This document shows, piece by piece, positions 7,347-16,432 of a stretch of 20,000 nt of DNA. A model generated the notes under the pieces. The model saw only the letters and a list, made by a program, of their open reading frames with translations. It was not told the DNA's origin and made no database searches. The stretch is taken from sequence record SRR20825010_48. One strand, given 5' to 3'. The position numbers and the translations under genes are program-made. The stretch's first letter is position 1, and the number at the start of each line of letters is the position of its first letter.

Positions 7347-8336
7347 CTATTGGTTGCGGGCTTCTTCCGGCGTGAAATCAAAGGTCTTGTTACAGAACTG
7401 ACAGTTCACGCCGATCTTGCCGTCTTCCAGCATATGGTCGATATCGTCCTCGCTGAACTGCGCCAGCACCGCCAGCAGGCGCTCACGGTCACAGCGGCAG
7501 CCCTTCATCAGGTGCGCGGCTTCAAACACGCGCACGCCGTCTTCATGATATAGCCGGTACAAAAGCTGGTCGAGATCAAGCGCAGGGTCGAGAAGCTCGA
7601 TCGGCTTCACACTGCTCATCAGGATGGAAGCACGTTCCCATTGCTCTTTGGTTTCACGGTCCAAAATCCGTTCCCGGCCCGTCTCGCCGCGCGCCAGATG
7701 CTGCACCATAATGCCGCCCGCGCGCCAGTTGCCGGTCACTGCGTCACGCTCACAGGTGAGGCGTAGCTCGGTCGGGGTTTGCTCGCTATTCATGAAATAG
7801 TTGCGTGCCACTTCGGCGAGGTTTTCGCCTTTGAGGTCAACAATGCCCTGGTAGCGGTCCATATCCTCGCCCTGATCAATCGTCAGCGCGAGGTAGCCGT
7901 TTTTAGTGCCAATAAGGCCGTTGAAGCTTGGGTTTTTGCCATAAGTCGCCAGTTTGGCCTCATCGATTTGTGCATAACCACGCAACCGCCCAATGCCATC
8001 GTCGCGCACTTCATAATCCACCACGACCATCGGTATGGCACCGCCGGATTTCGCCTGCAGTGTCACAATGCCCTTGAATTTGAGCATGGAGCCAAGAAGC
8101 CCCGCAAGTATAAGCATCTCGCCCAGTATACGCGCCACAGGATCAGGGTAATTGTGAGCAGAGAGTATCTGGTCCGCCACCGTGCCGAGGCGTACAGCAC
8201 GACCGCGCACGTCCATGCCTTCAATGGCAAAAGGGCGCACTTCATTATCACGGCTGCCTTCCGGGTCCGGGATCACGATGGGTCGCTGGATCGCTTCAAT
8301 TTTTGGTGCTTTAACCATGGCTATGCTTACACTCAC
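7347..8336 (-). CDS. hslO: Hsp33 redox-regulated chaperone
   Basis: HNYP, GYLALTIDQG, YQGIV, YF-NSEQ-PT, AGGIMVQ and the zinc centre CRC...CQFC. Located downstream of argF as usual in Alphaproteobacteria. The start may be ATG 8318. Confidence 0.95.
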   Translation of the reverse strand: MSVSIAMVKAPKIEAIQRPIVIPDPEGSRDNEVRPFAIEGMDVRGRAVRLGTVADQILSAHNYPDPVARILGEMLILAGLLGSMLKFKGIVTLQAKSGGAIPMVVVDYEVRDDGIGRLRGYAQIDEAKLATYGKNPSFNGLIGTKNGYLALTIDQGEDMDRYQGIVDLKGENLAEVARNYFMNSEQTPTELRLTCERDAVTGNWRAGGIMVQHLARGETGRERILDRETKEQWERASILMSSVKPIELLDPALDLDQLLYRLYHEDGVRVFEAAHLMKGCRCDRERLLAVLAQFSEDDIDHMLEDGKIGVNCQFCNKTFDFTPEEARNQ

Positions 8337-8363
8337 TCACAAAATGGCAGGTTGCGGCGGGTT

Positions 8364-9305
8364 TTAAAGCTTTCCGGCGCACCACGCAAGGATAGCTTTT
8401 TGCGCGTGAAGGCGGTTTTCCGCCTCGTCCCACACCACAGACTGTGGGCCATCGATCACCGCATTGGTGACCTCTTCGCCCCGGTGAGCAGGCAAACAGT
8501 GAAGGAAAAGCGCGTCATCTGCCGCTTTGGCCATCAGGTCGCGGTTCACCTGGAAGGGCTCAAGCGCCCGCACGCGGCTGCCGGTGCGGTCATCACCCAT
8601 GGAAACCCAAGTGTCGGTGATCACAGCGTCTGCGTCCCACACTGCTTCCTCGGCATCTGTTACCACGCGCACATCACCGCCTTCTGCCTCAGCCCACGAC
8701 AGCACATCGTCATAGGGTGCAAAAGCTTCAGGGCACCCAAGCACAAGGGAAAAGTCGAACTTCACTGCCGCCTCGATCAGCGAGGTAGCAACATTGTTGC
8801 CGTCGCCAAGCCAGGCAACCTTCTTGCCTTTGATCGGGCCACGGTGTTCCTCAATTGTCATGATATCCGCCATCAGCTGGCATGGGTGCGAACGGTCTGT
8901 GAGCGCATTGATCACAGGAACGTCTCCCTCCTCCGCCAGCTCAACCACCGCTTCGTGCGTGTTGGCACGTATCATGATGATATCCACATAACGGCTCATC
9001 ACCTTCGCGGTATCGGCAATGGTCTCACCACGGCCAAGCTGCATGGAGCCGCTGTGCAAAAACAGCGGTTTTGCCCCAAGCTGATGCGCGGCGGTTTCAA
9101 AGCTGATGCGAGTACGGGTGGACGATTTTTCAAAAATCATCGCCAGTGTATAACCCGCGAGCGGCGCACCAACGTCCACCGTGCCTTTTGGCATGCCACG
9201 TCGCGCTTCTTTCCACTCTTTCGCTACTTCAAGGATGTGCCGAAGCGTTGCTGCCGGAACATCCTTCAAATCGAGAAAGTGGTTGTTGTTTTTCGCGAGT
9301 GTCAT
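8364..9305 (-). CDS. argF: Ornithine carbamoyltransferase
   Basis: FEKSSTRTR, HPCQ, GDGNN, WVSMG, FLHCLP and EAENRLH motifs. Confidence 0.97.
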   Translation of the reverse strand: MTLAKNNNHFLDLKDVPAATLRHILEVAKEWKEARRGMPKGTVDVGAPLAGYTLAMIFEKSSTRTRISFETAAHQLGAKPLFLHSGSMQLGRGETIADTAKVMSRYVDIIMIRANTHEAVVELAEEGDVPVINALTDRSHPCQLMADIMTIEEHRGPIKGKKVAWLGDGNNVATSLIEAAVKFDFSLVLGCPEAFAPYDDVLSWAEAEGGDVRVVTDAEEAVWDADAVITDTWVSMGDDRTGSRVRALEPFQVNRDLMAKAADDALFLHCLPAHRGEEVTNAVIDGPQSVVWDEAENRLHAQKAILAWCAGKL

Positions 9306-9326
9306 GGTGTCAGATCCCTGTAAACT

Positions 9327-9362
9327 TCAAAATTAACAAAGGCCCGACACTCGCCGGGCCTT
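9327..9362 (-). terminator. Terminator-like hairpin between argD and argF
   Basis: On the minus strand, AAGGCCCGGC-GAGT-GTCGGGCCTT (one G-U pair) is followed by TGTTAATTTT. Confidence 0.55.
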
Positions 9363-9375
9363 CCCATGCCAGCGC

Positions 9376-10566
9376 CTACGCTGGCACACCCTTGTCGCGC
9401 CAGTCATTCATGGCGCTATCGAGAAGCTCCATCGCTTCATCGATATGGTCCTCATTAATAATCAGTGGCGGCAGCATGCGCAGCACCATGTCACCGGCCA
9501 CAGCCGGGCACATGCCGCGCTCAATCATGTCAACAACTGCGCCACGGGTTGGCACGTCCGGCATGCGGATGCCTGCCATAAGGCCAACGCCGCGCACTTC
9601 CTTGATGAAATCACCGTGGCGTTGCTGCAAGGCACCAAGGCGCGCCTGCAACAGGTCCCCCATTTCTGCCACGCGCGGCAGGAACTCAGGCTTGAGCATC
9701 TCATCAAGTACCGCGTTACCAACAGCCATACCCAGCGGGTTACCACCATAGGTGCTGCCGTGCGTGCCCACGGTCATGCCGCTTGCTGCTTCTTCTGTCG
9801 CGAGGCAGGCACCCAGCGGGAAGCCACCGCCGATACCTTTGGCTGCGGTTACGATATCAGGTTTCACGCCTGACCATTCGTGCGCGAACAGCTTGCCCGT
9901 GCGACCCATGCCGCACTGAATTTCGTCCAGAACCATCAGGAGGCCATTTTCGTCACAAAGATCACGAAGCGCCTGCATTTGCGCGTCAGACAGCGGCCGA
10001 ATGCCGCCTTCTCCCTGTACGGGCTCAATCATGATGCCACCCGTCTCGGGGCCAATGGCTGCTTTCACCGCTTCAATGTCGCCAAACGGCACGACATCGA
10101 AACCATCAGGAATTGGCTCGAACCCTTTGGTGAGCTTTTCCTGGCCCGCCGCCGCGATACCCGCAAGCGTGCGGCCATGGAAGGCATTTGCCATAGTAAT
10201 CAGGCGATATTTGCCCTTGTTGCCTTTGTCATAATGATATTTGCGCACCATCTTGATCGCGCATTCGATCGCCTCTGCGCCTGAGTTGGTGAAAAACACC
10301 GTGTCTGCGAAGGACGCACCACACAACCGTTCGGCCAGACGTGCGCCGTGCGGGATTTCATAGGTGTTGGCGGTGTGCCACAGCTTGGCAGCCTGATCCT
10401 GCAGCGCCTTCACAAGCGTCGGGTGACTATGGCCCAGGCACATCACACCGATGCCTGAATAGAAATCGAGATACTTCTTGCCGTTGGTATCATAGAGGTA
10501 CATGCCCTCGCCGCGCTCAAAAGCGACAGGAATCCGGGCGTAAACTGGCATCAGGGGCGTAATCAC
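9376..10566 (-). CDS. argD: Acetylornithine aminotransferase (class III PLP enzyme)
   Basis: FFTNSGAEA, FHGRT, EPVQGEGG, DEIQCGMGRTG, AAKGIGGG (PLP lysine) and HGSTYGGNP. Likely start is GTG 10566 after GGAGAG. Confidence 0.95.
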   Translation of the reverse strand: MITPLMPVYARIPVAFERGEGMYLYDTNGKKYLDFYSGIGVMCLGHSHPTLVKALQDQAAKLWHTANTYEIPHGARLAERLCGASFADTVFFTNSGAEAIECAIKMVRKYHYDKGNKGKYRLITMANAFHGRTLAGIAAAGQEKLTKGFEPIPDGFDVVPFGDIEAVKAAIGPETGGIMIEPVQGEGGIRPLSDAQMQALRDLCDENGLLMVLDEIQCGMGRTGKLFAHEWSGVKPDIVTAAKGIGGGFPLGACLATEEAASGMTVGTHGSTYGGNPLGMAVGNAVLDEMLKPEFLPRVAEMGDLLQARLGALQQRHGDFIKEVRGVGLMAGIRMPDVPTRGAVVDMIERGMCPAVAGDMVLRMLPPLIINEDHIDEAMELLDSAMNDWRDKGVPA

Positions 10567-10657
10567 TTCTCTCTCCTTGGGGACCTTGCTGGCTTTTCTC
10601 AAGCTCTAAAAAAGGCATTAGCCGGACCGCATTTCGCGCCCGGCTCAACAGGTCGTG

Positions 10658-10686
10658 AGGATGCCGCTACGGATGGCTTAAGTCAA
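10658..10686 (-). promoter_or_regulatory. Putative sigma70 promoter of argD-argF-hslO
   Basis: Minus strand TTGACT (10686-10681), 17-nt spacer, CATCCT (10663-10658). Confidence 0.5.
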
Positions 10687-10779
10687 TGGGGCACAACCCC
10701 ACTTTTTCGCCCAATTTGCGGGATAAGCTCGGTTTGCGGTACGCTTGTCAGGCAAGCACATCGAAATAAGGAGCCATTG

Positions 10780-12126
10780 ATGAAATTGACCATACGCTGG
10801 CCATCCTTTCCCATGCTCTTTCTGCTTGGATTGATGCTCTGTGCGGTACCGACCATCGCCTCTCAAGTGACAAGCGCAGAAACCACACCGGACTCAGAAA
10901 TTACTGCCCGAATTGAAGCTGTTTTTGAAAACTATGAACGGTTTAATACTGTAACGGTTGAGGCTGATGCGGGCGTGGTGACGTTACGCGGCACCGTTCT
11001 TGAAACCGAATGGACCCATGAAGCCGAGGCTCTCACCACAAAAGTCGAAGGGGTGGTCGCTGTACGCAACCTTATAGCCCTCGATACCTCTGTAAGCCGC
11101 CGCCTTAAACCGGCTCTTGAACGGCTGGATGACCGTGTCACCGAAACACTTGCGTTTGTGCCACTCATGGCCGTCGGCACCGCGATTTTCTTGGCTATTC
11201 TTCTTTTCGGATTTTTTATCACGCGGTTTGACTGGCCTTTCAACAGGCTGGCGCCCAACGCCTTTATCGAAAACCTTTTGCGTCAATTCATACGCATTCT
11301 TTTCACCATTATAGCTGTGGTTGTTTCGCTCGACATCATGGGCGCGACCGCTCTTCTGGGTACCATACTTGGGGCGGCGGGCATTGTTGGTCTGGCCATC
11401 GGCTTCGCGGTGCAGGACACGATTGAAAATTATATCGCCAGTATCATGCTGTCGCTCAGGCAACCGTTCAGGCCAAATGATCTGGTGCTGATTGATGAAT
11501 TTGAAGGCAGGGTGATGCGCCTCACCTCCCGTGCCACCATATTGATGACCCAGGAAGGCAACCATGTACGCATCCCTAATGCCAAGGTCTTTAAAGGGGT
11601 GATTGTCAATTATACCCGCGCACCGGAACGCCGGTTCGATTTCACGCTTGGCATTAACGCAGACGCAGACATCCAGAAAGCGATCCAGCTGGGGCATCAG
11701 GCGCTTGAAACACTCAGTTTTGTGCTACAGGACCCGCCCCCCATGGTGCGCGTGGAGGAAGTGGGCGATTCGAGTATCGTGATCTGGTTTGGTGGTTGGA
11801 TAGACCAGCGCAAAACCAACTTTTTTGCCGCCCGCGGTGAGGCGATCAGAGTGACAAAAAACGCAATGGAAGCAGGCGGGCTTGAACTACCTGAGCCGAT
11901 ATACCGCCTCAAGCTCGAGAGTACGCTGCCAGGCATCCCGGGCCTCGTCCCCCCCGACACAGCCGAGCCCAGCCAAATAACACCCGCACAGGAGGCAAGT
12001 GAGCCACTGTCTACCAGCCAGCTGACTCATGCCACTGAGGAAGACCCGGTAGAGGAACGTGTGGAGGCCGCGCGAAAACAGGACCGTCATGATGACCTGC
12101 TGAGCGAAAATGCTGCTCAGGAATAG
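10780..12126 (+). CDS. Mechanosensitive channel MscS family protein with N-terminal BON domain
   Basis: Signal peptide, BON domain (GVVTLRGTV...VEGVVAVRN), TM helices, GAAGIVGLAIGFAVQD, PFRPND-V and V-IPN, then an acidic Pro-rich tail. AAGGAG RBS. Confidence 0.9.
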   Translation: MKLTIRWPSFPMLFLLGLMLCAVPTIASQVTSAETTPDSEITARIEAVFENYERFNTVTVEADAGVVTLRGTVLETEWTHEAEALTTKVEGVVAVRNLIALDTSVSRRLKPALERLDDRVTETLAFVPLMAVGTAIFLAILLFGFFITRFDWPFNRLAPNAFIENLLRQFIRILFTIIAVVVSLDIMGATALLGTILGAAGIVGLAIGFAVQDTIENYIASIMLSLRQPFRPNDLVLIDEFEGRVMRLTSRATILMTQEGNHVRIPNAKVFKGVIVNYTRAPERRFDFTLGINADADIQKAIQLGHQALETLSFVLQDPPPMVRVEEVGDSSIVIWFGGWIDQRKTNFFAARGEAIRVTKNAMEAGGLELPEPIYRLKLESTLPGIPGLVPPDTAEPSQITPAQEASEPLSTSQLTHATEEDPVEERVEAARKQDRHDDLLSENAAQE

Positions 12127-12143
12127 GCTGCAAACCCACAGGT

Positions 12144-12569
12144 TCAGCGCTGCCAGAAGGTGACAGCGTCATCCGAGATTGCCTTGAGCGTGCGCTCAAA
12201 CGTTTCTTCACCAACGCATGCCTTCAGTGCAAACGCCACATCCGCCACCGGGTTTTCAGAAAGCTGGGACAGATTATGGTCAGGCCGGAGAGACTTGATC
12301 TCGGCCATCATGTCGGCCTGAGCATCAAAAGCTATGCGCGGCTCATTCGGGTTCCAGTCAGCGACAAAAAAGCCCCGCACCGCACCCGGCAAAATACCGG
12401 CAAACAGGATTGCTTCCTCAAGCGTAAGCCGTCGCCTGAACGCCTGCAAAACCGCCTGCGCCATAGTGTAGGCCACATTGCGGGTCGGCAGGCTTCCGTG
12501 GCTCATCACATCACCAAGGAAAGCCTTAAATTCGTCCGTCGCGCGTTGATATTCCTGCGGATAGGTCAT
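12144..12569 (-). CDS. DUF2267 family protein
   Basis: 141 aa. AY-MAQAVLQAFRRRLT-EEA--FAG-LP--VRG-F---W and the C-terminal FW match DUF2267 as I recall it. Confidence 0.75.
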   Translation of the reverse strand: MTYPQEYQRATDEFKAFLGDVMSHGSLPTRNVAYTMAQAVLQAFRRRLTLEEAILFAGILPGAVRGFFVADWNPNEPRIAFDAQADMMAEIKSLRPDHNLSQLSENPVADVAFALKACVGEETFERTLKAISDDAVTFWQR

Positions 12570-12586
12570 TCACATCTCGTCAGGCA

Positions 12587-13423
12587 TCAGGCTTTCAAGC
12601 GGTACCCGGTTTTAAACACCCGGTAAACAACCAGCGTGAGCACAAGGTTGATCGCGAGCGTATAGGCAAAGCCAGCCCAGAGGTCGCTGTCTGCCCGGCC
12701 AATGAACCCATAACGGAAGCCGTCGATCATATAGAAAAACGGGTTCACGTGCGAGAAGACCTGCCAACTGGTTGACAGCCGCTCAATGGAATAAAAGGTG
12801 CCTGAAAGCAGGCTGAGCGGCGCAATCACAAAATTGGTGATGGCGGCGGCGTGGTCAAATTTCTCCGCCCATACACCTGTGAGCACCCCGATAAGCGACA
12901 GCATGGTGCAAGCCGCAACCGAGAAATACAGGATCGGCCAGATATGCTCAATCACCATGGGCACGCCCGGCATCGCCGTGAATGCAAGCCCGACCGACAG
13001 GCCAACCAGAAGGCCGCGCGTTACACCGCCAAGTGCAAAACCAATAGTGAGCTCAAGCGCCGAAAGCGGCGGCATGAGCGTATCCACAATGTTGCCCTGT
13101 ACCTTGGAGATCAGGATCGAGCTTGACGTATTGGCAAAAGCGTTTTGCAGCATGGCCATCACGATAAGGCCCGGCGCCAGGAACTGTGCGTAGGGCATAT
13201 CCGCCACCAGCCGCCCACTGCCACCAAGCGCCAGTGTGAAAATGATCATGAACAAGATGGTGGTTACTGCCGGTGCCGCCAGGGTTTGCGCCCATACCTT
13301 CATGAAACGGCGGGTTTCACGCAGATACAGGGTCCACAGGCCAACCCAGTTTACAGCGCCAATGGTCCGGGCACCAAGGACCGGAAAATCAGGCTCATCG
13401 CTTTTATGCAAAGTCGCGGACAT
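12587..13423 (-). CDS. ABC-2 type transporter permease (YadH-like)
   Basis: NWVGLWTLYLRE-RRF-KV, FLAPGL, QNAFANTSSS, LSGTFYS and NPFFYMIDGFRYGF. This is the permease commonly found next to gcrA. Confidence 0.92.
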   Translation of the reverse strand: MSATLHKSDEPDFPVLGARTIGAVNWVGLWTLYLRETRRFMKVWAQTLAAPAVTTILFMIIFTLALGGSGRLVADMPYAQFLAPGLIVMAMLQNAFANTSSSILISKVQGNIVDTLMPPLSALELTIGFALGGVTRGLLVGLSVGLAFTAMPGVPMVIEHIWPILYFSVAACTMLSLIGVLTGVWAEKFDHAAAITNFVIAPLSLLSGTFYSIERLSTSWQVFSHVNPFFYMIDGFRYGFIGRADSDLWAGFAYTLAINLVLTLVVYRVFKTGYRLKA

Positions 13424-13529
13424 AAATAAGGGCTCCTCAAGGGTCAGATTTGGTGCACTCGGTCAGGCTTATATCAGAAAAAGATGGGTAGGCAGTACCC
13501 GGCTTCACCATATGGGGTCGATTGTTCCC

Positions 13530-13559
13530 TTGGCAAGAGGGTGCCATGGGCGATATAAG
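13530..13559 (+). promoter_or_regulatory. Putative gcrA promoter
   Basis: TTGGCA (13530-13535), 18 nt, TATAAG (13554-13559). A GANTC site (GACTC 13568-13572) lies just downstream. Confidence 0.4.
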
Positions 13560-13618
13560 CGGGGAGAGACTCGGGCGCGTGTGATCACCCGCCCCCAGAT
13601 AAAGACAAGGATAACATC

Positions 13619-14035
13619 ATGGCATGGACGGACGAGCGCATCGATCAGCTCAAGAAACTTTGGGACGACGGCTTGAGCGCAAGCCAGATCGCGAAGGAAC
13701 TGGGCGAAGGTGTGACGCGCAACGCTGTGATCGGCAAGGCGCACAGGCTGGGGCTTAAATCCCGCCCGTCACCGGTAAAGACCGATAAAGAAAAGAAAAA
13801 AGCCGCGCCAAAACGGGTGGTTAAGAAGGCAGACAAACAACTTGTCTCGCTTCTCGACTTGACGGACCGCATGTGCAAATGGCCGCTTGGGCACCCCGGT
13901 GACGCAGATTTCCACTTCTGTGGCAAGGCGTCTGAACCCGGCATGCCTTACTGCGCGGGCCACTGTGCAGAAGCGTACCAGGCGCAGCCACCACGGCGTG
14001 ATCGCCGCCAGACACCGCGGCCGCCGATTCTCTGA
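13619..14035 (+). CDS. gcrA: GcrA cell-cycle regulator
   Basis: WTDERI--LKKLW--GLSASQIA-ELG-GVTRNAVIGKAHRLGL and C-terminal CKWPLGHP...FHFCG...PYC--H. AAGGA RBS. Confidence 0.97.
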   Translation: MAWTDERIDQLKKLWDDGLSASQIAKELGEGVTRNAVIGKAHRLGLKSRPSPVKTDKEKKKAAPKRVVKKADKQLVSLLDLTDRMCKWPLGHPGDADFHFCGKASEPGMPYCAGHCAEAYQAQPPRRDRRQTPRPPIL

Positions 14036-14085
14036 TTCGAGTCGCAGCGACCGGCCTCAATCACAATTTTGTCAGGAAATCGCGC

Positions 14086-14113
14086 TTGCCCAATTTTGGG
14101 CGAGCGCTACTCT
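14086..14113 (+). promoter_or_regulatory. Putative promoter of the cytochrome c' gene
   Basis: TTGCCC (14086-14091), 16 nt, (GC)TACTCT (14108-14113), in the alphaproteobacterial TTG...GCTA style. Confidence 0.4.
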
Positions 14114-14207
14114 TGTGCGGCGCGCACTATGTATAAAGTCCGTATTGCGTGGTAGTGAGGCTGCAGCGTACTATATTTGTGCGTATTGTTATCAGGGGAG
14201 AGATCAT

Positions 14208-14681
14208 ATGCAGTTAAACCGTGCCCGTTCATTCTTCATTGGAGCTGTAGCTTGTTCAGCAATTGCTGTTTCAAGTGCGTCTGTCGCTGACGGCGATGAC
14301 GAAAAACGCTTCCCTGAATCGCAGTATCGTCACGACGTGATGGAATTTGTGAAATATGCCTACAGCAATATCGCACAGCTGATGAAAGGCACCGCCGAGC
14401 ACGAAGGCCATATGGTGAAACATGCGCAGATCATGGCAAGCGCTGCTTCCATGGCAAAAGCAGCGTTTGAAAAAGACACACGCGGCATGGAAGGCGCCAC
14501 TGAGGCCCGCGACGAAATCTGGGAAAACTGGGACGATTTCGCCCAGCGGCTGGACGAGTTTGAGGCAGACGCGGCGGCGCTGGCGACAGCTGCCGAAAGC
14601 GGGGACATGAGCAAGATTGGCCCGGCGTTCAAAAAGACCATGGGCAATTGCAAATCGTGCCATGACGACTACCGCGAGTAA
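14208..14681 (+). CDS. Class II cytochrome c (cytochrome c' / c556)
   Basis: GGGGAG RBS, signal peptide, R---M near the N-terminus, T-AR-EIWENWDDF and C-terminal CKSCHDDYR heme motif. Confidence 0.93.
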   Translation: MQLNRARSFFIGAVACSAIAVSSASVADGDDEKRFPESQYRHDVMEFVKYAYSNIAQLMKGTAEHEGHMVKHAQIMASAASMAKAAFEKDTRGMEGATEARDEIWENWDDFAQRLDEFEADAAALATAAESGDMSKIGPAFKKTMGNCKSCHDDYRE

Positions 14682-14711
14682 ACGTCAGGCTGGGCAAAAG
14701 TAAACGAAGCT

Positions 14712-14744
14712 AAGGCGTGCCGGTTGGTGCGCCTTTATGCTTTT
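14712..14744 (+). terminator. Rho-independent terminator after cytochrome c'
   Basis: AAGGCGTGCC-GGTT-GGTGCGCCTT (two G-U pairs, so it folds better on +), followed by TATGCTTTT. Confidence 0.6.
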
Positions 14745-14753
14745 GGCCCCCCG

Positions 14754-15434
14754 TTAGCCAAACACCCACCACCACACAGCCCCGCCAACCAGAAACAGCA
14801 GTGCAAAACCAAAGATGGCATTTGTCATTTTTAAAGGCTGTTCGGCATGACGGCTCCAGCCCGTGATCATGGGGCCAATGAGATTCACCCGCCGCACAAG
14901 CCCGTATAACGCAACCACAAGAATGTGCAGGCCAATAAGGCCGAGAAGAGTATAACCGGTCCATTCGTGCACTTCCGTGAGGTCTTCAGAAAGACGCGAC
15001 GAAATCGTGTGTGAGAACGGCCCCTCAAAAAACATAGCGTCTGTCGCATAAAGCCCGAGTGCTGCCTGCACCAGCAGCAGCAACAACATCAGCACGACCG
15101 ACACTGCCCCCAGCGGGTTATGCCCTGTGCTTCTATAGGGCACGCTATCAAACGCCGTTTTGGCATACTCAATTGTGGTTTTGGGGCCTTTGACAAACTG
15201 GCTGAAGCGCGCGGTGTCGCTGCCCACAAAACCCCACATAAGACGCCACACCACCAGCGAGAGCACACTAAGACCAGCATAAAGGTGGATATCGGCATAA
15301 ATGCCAAACTTGTCCTGAAACGCTGAAAAGGCTGAAAACGCAAAGGCGATCACTAACAGCCAATGAAAAACGCGCACCGGCGCGTCCCATACCTTCACTT
15401 TTTGTATTTGTTCATCGCTCACGGCGGGCCTCAC
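14754..15434 (-). CDS. Di-heme cytochrome b (Ni/Fe-hydrogenase cytochrome b / b561-like family)
   Basis: VWD-PVR-FHW, IHLYAG, WR--WGFVGS-TARF, GHNPLG, VHE and LHI give the four heme-ligand His positions. GTG 15434 overlaps the E1-beta stop (GTGA); GTG 15422 is an alternative start. Confidence 0.9.
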   Translation of the reverse strand: MRPAVSDEQIQKVKVWDAPVRVFHWLLVIAFAFSAFSAFQDKFGIYADIHLYAGLSVLSLVVWRLMWGFVGSDTARFSQFVKGPKTTIEYAKTAFDSVPYRSTGHNPLGAVSVVLMLLLLLVQAALGLYATDAMFFEGPFSHTISSRLSEDLTEVHEWTGYTLLGLIGLHILVVALYGLVRRVNLIGPMITGWSRHAEQPLKMTNAIFGFALLFLVGGAVWWWVFG

Positions 15435-16432
15435 TTCAGCATGGATTTTATGGTTGAGACGATATCATCTGTGGCGGGTAACCAGCTTGCCTCCGCCTTG
15501 CGGCCATAAGGCACCGGTGTATGGGGCGGGGTGAGCTTTTGCGGTGCTACCTTGAGCGATGCAAACCCTTCGCTGGCCGCAAGGCTCAACACCCTGTCGG
15601 CAAAGCCCATAAGGGCAGCGCCTTCATCCACCACCAAAAGCCGCCCGGTTTTCTTGAGACTCGCAAGAATCATATGCGAATCAAGCGGGTGTACGGTGCG
15701 GGGATCAATTACTTCAGTGGAAATGCCGTCAGCTTTCAAGCTCGCAGCGGCTTCCATGGCTTTAGGCACCATGGCGGATAGCGCAACGAGCGTTATGTCA
15801 TCCCCTGGCACCAGAATATTGCCTTTGCCAAGCGGCACTGCTGGCAGGTTGGCTTTCACCTCACCTTCGGCGCCATAAAGGCCCTTATGTTCAAACATCA
15901 CCACCGGGCCATCTGCCGCAACGGCGCTTTTCAGCAAGCCCGCTGCATCGGCGGGTGTTGATGGGCACACCACTGCAAGCCCCGGTATGCTGGCAAGCAT
16001 GCCGTGCAGCGATTGGCTGTGCATCGCGCCGGAGCTATCCCCCGCCCCCATGGTGGTGCGGATAACAAGCGGCAGCTTGAGCCGCCCGCCGGACAGAAAA
16101 CGCGCTTTTGCCGCCTGGTTGAAAACCTGATCGAAACACACGCCAAAAAAGTCACAGAACATGACCTCGACCACGGGCCTCAGGCCTGTCATCGCGGCGC
16201 CGGTGGCCATGCCCACGAACGCAGATTCGGATATGGGCGTATCAATCACCCGCTCCCGGCCAAATACCTGCGCGAGGCCTTTGGTCACCCCAAAAACACC
16301 GCCCAGCTCCTCGCTGCCCGAAAGCCCGCTACCGCCAACAATATCCTCACCGATGATCACAACGCGCTCATCCGCTTTCATGATCTCATGCAGCGCCGCG
16401 TTCAGGGCGGTCGCAATGGTCATGCTGGTCAT
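15431..16432 (-). CDS. TPP-dependent dehydrogenase E1 beta subunit, acetoin dehydrogenase AcoB-like
   Basis: GEDIVGG...GGVFGVTKGL (AcoB-type insertion), DTPISE, GLRPVVE-MF-DF, HSQ, EHK-LY, EVID-RT-PLD and KTGRL. ATG 16432 overlaps the alpha stop (TGATG). Confidence 0.88.
   Translation of the reverse strand: MTSMTIATALNAALHEIMKADERVVIIGEDIVGGSGLSGSEELGGVFGVTKGLAQVFGRERVIDTPISESAFVGMATGAAMTGLRPVVEVMFCDFFGVCFDQVFNQAAKARFLSGGRLKLPLVIRTTMGAGDSSGAMHSQSLHGMLASIPGLAVVCPSTPADAAGLLKSAVAADGPVVMFEHKGLYGAEGEVKANLPAVPLGKGNILVPGDDITLVALSAMVPKAMEAAASLKADGISTEVIDPRTVHPLDSHMILASLKKTGRLLVVDEGAALMGFADRVLSLAASEGFASLKVAPQKLTPPHTPVPYGRKAEASWLPATDDIVSTIKSMLK

Noticed and set aside
7779-9323. 514-aa ORF on + antisense to hslO/argF
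   Set aside because: It is a shadow ORF opposite two conserved genes, with no recognisable motifs and a His/Arg-rich composition typical of antisense frames.
12587-13423. ABC permease without an adjacent ATPase as a novelty
   Set aside because: An orphan YadH-like permease beside gcrA is a common alphaproteobacterial arrangement.
13424-13618. CtrA box upstream of gcrA
   Set aside because: No TTAA-N7-TTAA site or clear half-site is visible in this intergenic region.
13887-14207. N-terminal extension of the cytochrome c' ORF overlapping gcrA (possible fusion or frameshift)
   Set aside because: gcrA ends normally, and cytochrome c' has its own RBS, ATG and signal peptide at 14208. No slippery site is evident.
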